This document shows positions 36,501 through 39,181 of a stretch of 39,181 nucleotides of DNA, piece by piece; position 1 is the first letter of the stretch; the number at the start of each line of letters is the position of its first letter. The stretch is from contig JBJXGI010000095.1 of NCBI GenBank assembly GCA_046153645.1, positions 1 through 39,181 on the forward strand, read 5' to 3'. This DNA comes from Elusimicrobiota bacterium (GTDB lineage: Bacteria; Elusimicrobiota; Elusimicrobia; F11). The translations under genes were made by a program, and so were the position numbers. The notes below the pieces were generated by a model that was given only the letters and a program-made list of their open reading frames with translations, was not told where the DNA came from and made no database searches.

Positions 36501-37799
36501 TTATTTATCTTTAAGAGCTTTTTCTTTCGCTTTTTGAACAGCTTTGGCAATTTCTTCTGCTGTTTTTTCTCCAATTAAAATGGATTGAATTCCCTTTGTC
36601 AAAGCTTCCTGAACTTTAGGCGCTTCCGTTACTTCAAACCGATTGGGATGAATTGAATCTTTCATTAAATTCGCAAATAACATAAGTACAGGAGAATCTT
36701 TTATTTCAGCATCTTTAACTGCTGGAAGGTTTTTAGTGGCACTTGCCAAATAAGAGGCTTGCTCTTTTTGCGACAACCATTTTAAAAAATCAACCGCGGC
36801 TTCTTTTCTAGCGGATTTAGCATTTACATAAAAAACAGATCCCGCCCCACCCCAAACCGTCTGAGGAAACTTATCGCCTAAACGTGGGGGACGAAAGGGA
36901 GCATACTCGAGAGAAGCGTTCATTCCAGAATACACATTAACGCCCCATGACCCATTAAATGTAATAGCGGATCTTTCTGAAGAAAAGGATTGCTCAGAAT
37001 TTTTATTCTGCAAAGTGACCAAACCAGGGTCGGCAATATTTGCTTTTCTCAAATCTTCAAATACCTTTAATACCGTGATCCAATCAGGGTCAGTATAAGA
37101 AACTTTCCCGCGAAAAGTATCCATCACTTTTTCAGCTCCCATAAGGTTATGAGCAAAGTCAGTGACAAGTGAATAAATTAACCAAGTTTCTGACCAACCA
37201 CTAACAAAACCATTCACTCCAATCGCTTTTAATTTTTTACCTGCTTCAAGAAATTCTTTCCAAGTAGCAGGAGGGGTTTCAGGATCAAGCCCCGCCTTTT
37301 TAAAGAGATTTTTATTATAAATCATTGGAATGGTTGTAACGTCAATGGGAATACCATAAAAACCCGAAGGAACATTAAACTGGTTTCCCTCTTTGAAATA
37401 AGCCGTATTAATAGCTTCAGGATAAAAAGAGTTTTTCCAAGATTCTTGGTCTGCTTCCAGTTGTGTTGAAAGGTTTTCCACGTGACCGGCTTCAACAAAT
37501 TTAGCGAGATTACTGGAATCGCCTAAAATTCCATAAATTTCCGGAAGGCTATTTGTTTGCGCGCCAACTTCAACTTTTTGAGAATACAAATCGGAAGGGG
37601 CGTATAATTGAAATTGCACTTCTTTTCCCGTCTCAGTTTTATAGCGCTTTGTAATTTCATTAAAAGCTTCTTCTCTATCGGTCATCCAGTGCCAAACAAC
37701 AACAGCGTTTGATTGCTGATTAGATTCTTTTTTACAACTGGGTAAAAATGCCACCAGAGAAAATAATCCTGCCAAAAGTAAAGCTTTACAATTTTTCAT
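36501..37799 (-). CDS. Carbohydrate ABC transporter solute-binding lipoprotein
   Basis: Lipobox LPSC; YGIP...MIYNKNLFKKAGLDPETPPATWKEF; FNGSW. Confidence 0.93.
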   Translation of the reverse strand: MKNCKALLLAGLFSLVAFLPSCKKESNQQSNAVVVWHWMTDREEAFNEITKRYKTETGKEVQFQLYAPSDLYSQKVEVGAQTNSLPEIYGILGDSSNLAKFVEAGHVENLSTQLEADQESWKNSFYPEAINTAYFKEGNQFNVPSGFYGIPIDVTTIPMIYNKNLFKKAGLDPETPPATWKEFLEAGKKLKAIGVNGFVSGWSETWLIYSLVTDFAHNLMGAEKVMDTFRGKVSYTDPDWITVLKVFEDLRKANIADPGLVTLQNKNSEQSFSSERSAITFNGSWGVNVYSGMNASLEYAPFRPPRLGDKFPQTVWGGAGSVFYVNAKSARKEAAVDFLKWLSQKEQASYLASATKNLPAVKDAEIKDSPVLMLFANLMKDSIHPNRFEVTEAPKVQEALTKGIQSILIGEKTAEEIAKAVQKAKEKALKDK

Positions 37800-37828
37800 A
37801 TTGGTTATCCTTTTCTAAATAAGGGTAT

Positions 37829-37847
37829 AAAAAAACCGCAGGGTTTT
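37829..37847 (-). terminator. Weak possible terminator after tRNA-Thr
   Basis: Minus strand aaaacc-ctgc-ggtttt followed by more T. Confidence 0.3.
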
Positions 37848-37868
37848 AACGTCTAGGAAGGTTAGGGA

Positions 37869-37940
37869 AGCCGATGAAGGGATTTGAACCCCCAACCTAC
37901 GGTTTACAAAACCGTTGCTCTACCGTTGAGCTACATCGGC
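37869..37940 (-). tRNA. tRNA-Thr (TGT), CCA not encoded
   Basis: Cloverleaf: acceptor gccgatg/catcggc, anticodon arm acggt-ttTGTaa-accgt, T-loop ttcaaat. Confidence 0.96.
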
Positions 37941-37996
37941 ACGGCTTAACTAGACTAACACCACACGAATAGCACAATGGTATAAAACCAAAACCG

Positions 37997-38755
37997 TCAT
38001 GAAAACTGGTGTAATAAAATTCCTGCTGCCACGCCAACGTTAAGAGAATCAATTCCTTGTCGGCCTAAGGCACCGTCAATCTTAACTAAATAATCGCACT
38101 TTTTGCGGATTAAATGATGGATCCCTTCTCCTTCAGATCCCATCACTAAGCCAAATGGATTAGGAATATCGGAAGACTTAAGACTGTTCCCATCCACATC
38201 CGCTCCCACAAACCAAAAACCCCGTTCTTTCCCCATTTCCATCGCCGTCGCCAAGTTGGCAACCTGACCAATAGGGATAAGTCGCGCGGCCCCAGCTGAA
38301 GACCGCACCACTGTTGAGGTAATCCCAGCTGCCCGCCACTTAGGAATAATGACTCCAGATACACCAAAAAAAACTGCGGATCTTAAAATGGATCCCAAAT
38401 TATGAGGATCCATAATCCCATCTAAAAACAAAACACTGACACCTTTATGAGGTCGAGCAAGCGCCGCATCCCAAATGTCTTCTAAATCCGCAAACGCAAA
38501 AGGAGGAACTTGGGCCAACATACCCTGATGATTTTCATCATTGGTCATTTGGTCTAATTGTTTTCTTTCAACCCAATAAATAATTGACCTTTTTTCTTTT
38601 GCTAACTGCATCATCTCGTCAACATTCGAGCCACTAATACCTTTAGCAAAAAAAAGTTTTAAAACGGTCCCTCGCTCCATTGCTTCACGCACCGGCCAAC
38701 GACCATAAATTAAATCTGTTCCTGATTCATTCTTACTTTGATTTCGGTTTCTCAT
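37997..38755 (-). CDS. rlmB: 23S rRNA (guanosine-2251-2'-O)-methyltransferase
   Basis: NHQG, DGIMDPHNLGSILRSA, MGSEGEG, SLNVGVAAG; follows cysS. Confidence 0.93.
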   Translation of the reverse strand: MRNRNQSKNESGTDLIYGRWPVREAMERGTVLKLFFAKGISGSNVDEMMQLAKEKRSIIYWVERKQLDQMTNDENHQGMLAQVPPFAFADLEDIWDAALARPHKGVSVLFLDGIMDPHNLGSILRSAVFFGVSGVIIPKWRAAGITSTVVRSSAGAARLIPIGQVANLATAMEMGKERGFWFVGADVDGNSLKSSDIPNPFGLVMGSEGEGIHHLIRKKCDYLVKIDGALGRQGIDSLNVGVAAGILLHQFS

Positions 38756-39180
38756 GATATTTTCTTCAAACGTTGACCAGACGACGTGTCTTCGATTAAA
38801 ACCCCTTTCGATTTGAGCAAATCTCTAATGTCATCAGACTTTTTCCAATCCTTAGATTTTCGGGCCGATTCCCGTTGCTGAGCCAGGTCTAAAATTTCTT
38901 GAGACCAATCACTCTCAACACTTAACGTAATTCCAAGCACCTCAAACATAGAATCCATAGCACATTTTTTGATCCCGTACTCATTGGTATTATTGGAATT
39001 CTCTTTTTCCAAAGAAAAAACGTCTGAACAAACTTGATTGAGAGCTGCCAAAGCAACAGGAGTGTTTAAATCATTGGCCAAAGCTTCTTCAAAAGCAAAC
39101 AAATAAGGGTCTTCAACTTTCTTATGACTTAAATTTAATCCTTTGGATTTTTCACAAGCAATTAAATAGGCTCCTTTAAT
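38752..39180 (-). CDS. cysS: Cysteine--tRNA ligase, C-terminal part (truncated by window edge)
   Basis: FEEALANDLNTPVAL, RESARKSKDWKKSDDIRDLL...IEDT; frame open to the window end. Confidence 0.93.
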   Translation of the reverse strand: MKGAYLIACEKSKGLNLSHKKVEDPYLFAFEEALANDLNTPVALAALNQVCSDVFSLEKENSNNTNEYGIKKCAMDSMFEVLGITLSVESDWSQEILDLAQQRESARKSKDWKKSDDIRDLLKSKGVLIEDTSSGQRLKKIS

Positions 39181-39181
39181 T

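Noticed and set aside
1..39181. CRISPR array, integrase, transposase, rRNA
   Set aside because: No regularly spaced repeats or recognisable recombinase, transposase or rRNA sequence seen.

Overview
Bacterial chromosomal window, almost entirely minus-strand. The organism looks diderm: it has TolC, OmpA and PorV/PorP-like barrels plus T9SS-like C-terminal sorting domains, and the protein style suggests Elusimicrobiota, which is only an inference. Left to right: (1) the 3' part of a secreted IPT-repeat/DUF4082 protein; (2) a heavy-metal RND operon with no membrane-fusion protein, led by a His-rich ORF ending in the RAPP ribosome-arrest motif; (3) a tRNA-Tyr integration hotspot with a 735-bp att-flanked mini-island, a decayed antitoxin/ParE remnant and a HEPN-MNT pair; (4) housekeeping genes (ppk2, msrA, AAA ATPase, DsbA-like, DEDDh exonuclease, aroD); (5) a 22-kb glycan locus; (6) tRNA-Thr, rlmB and partial cysS. 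The best candidate for an undescribed system is the five-gene operon at 15422-23420. Its internal homologies read like an usher-less donor-strand pilus: a PorV/PorP-like barrel, a major pilin, a chaperone, an anchor subunit with the same N-terminal strand as the pilin plus a T9SS type-B-like sorting domain, and a 1318-aa CBM/glycosidase protein ending in a copy of the pilin domain. Directly upstream lie a signal-peptide-less sugar-binding protein coupled to a diguanylate cyclase and a SusC/D-free polysaccharide utilisation cluster. All family calls come from motif recognition by eye; no database searches were run.
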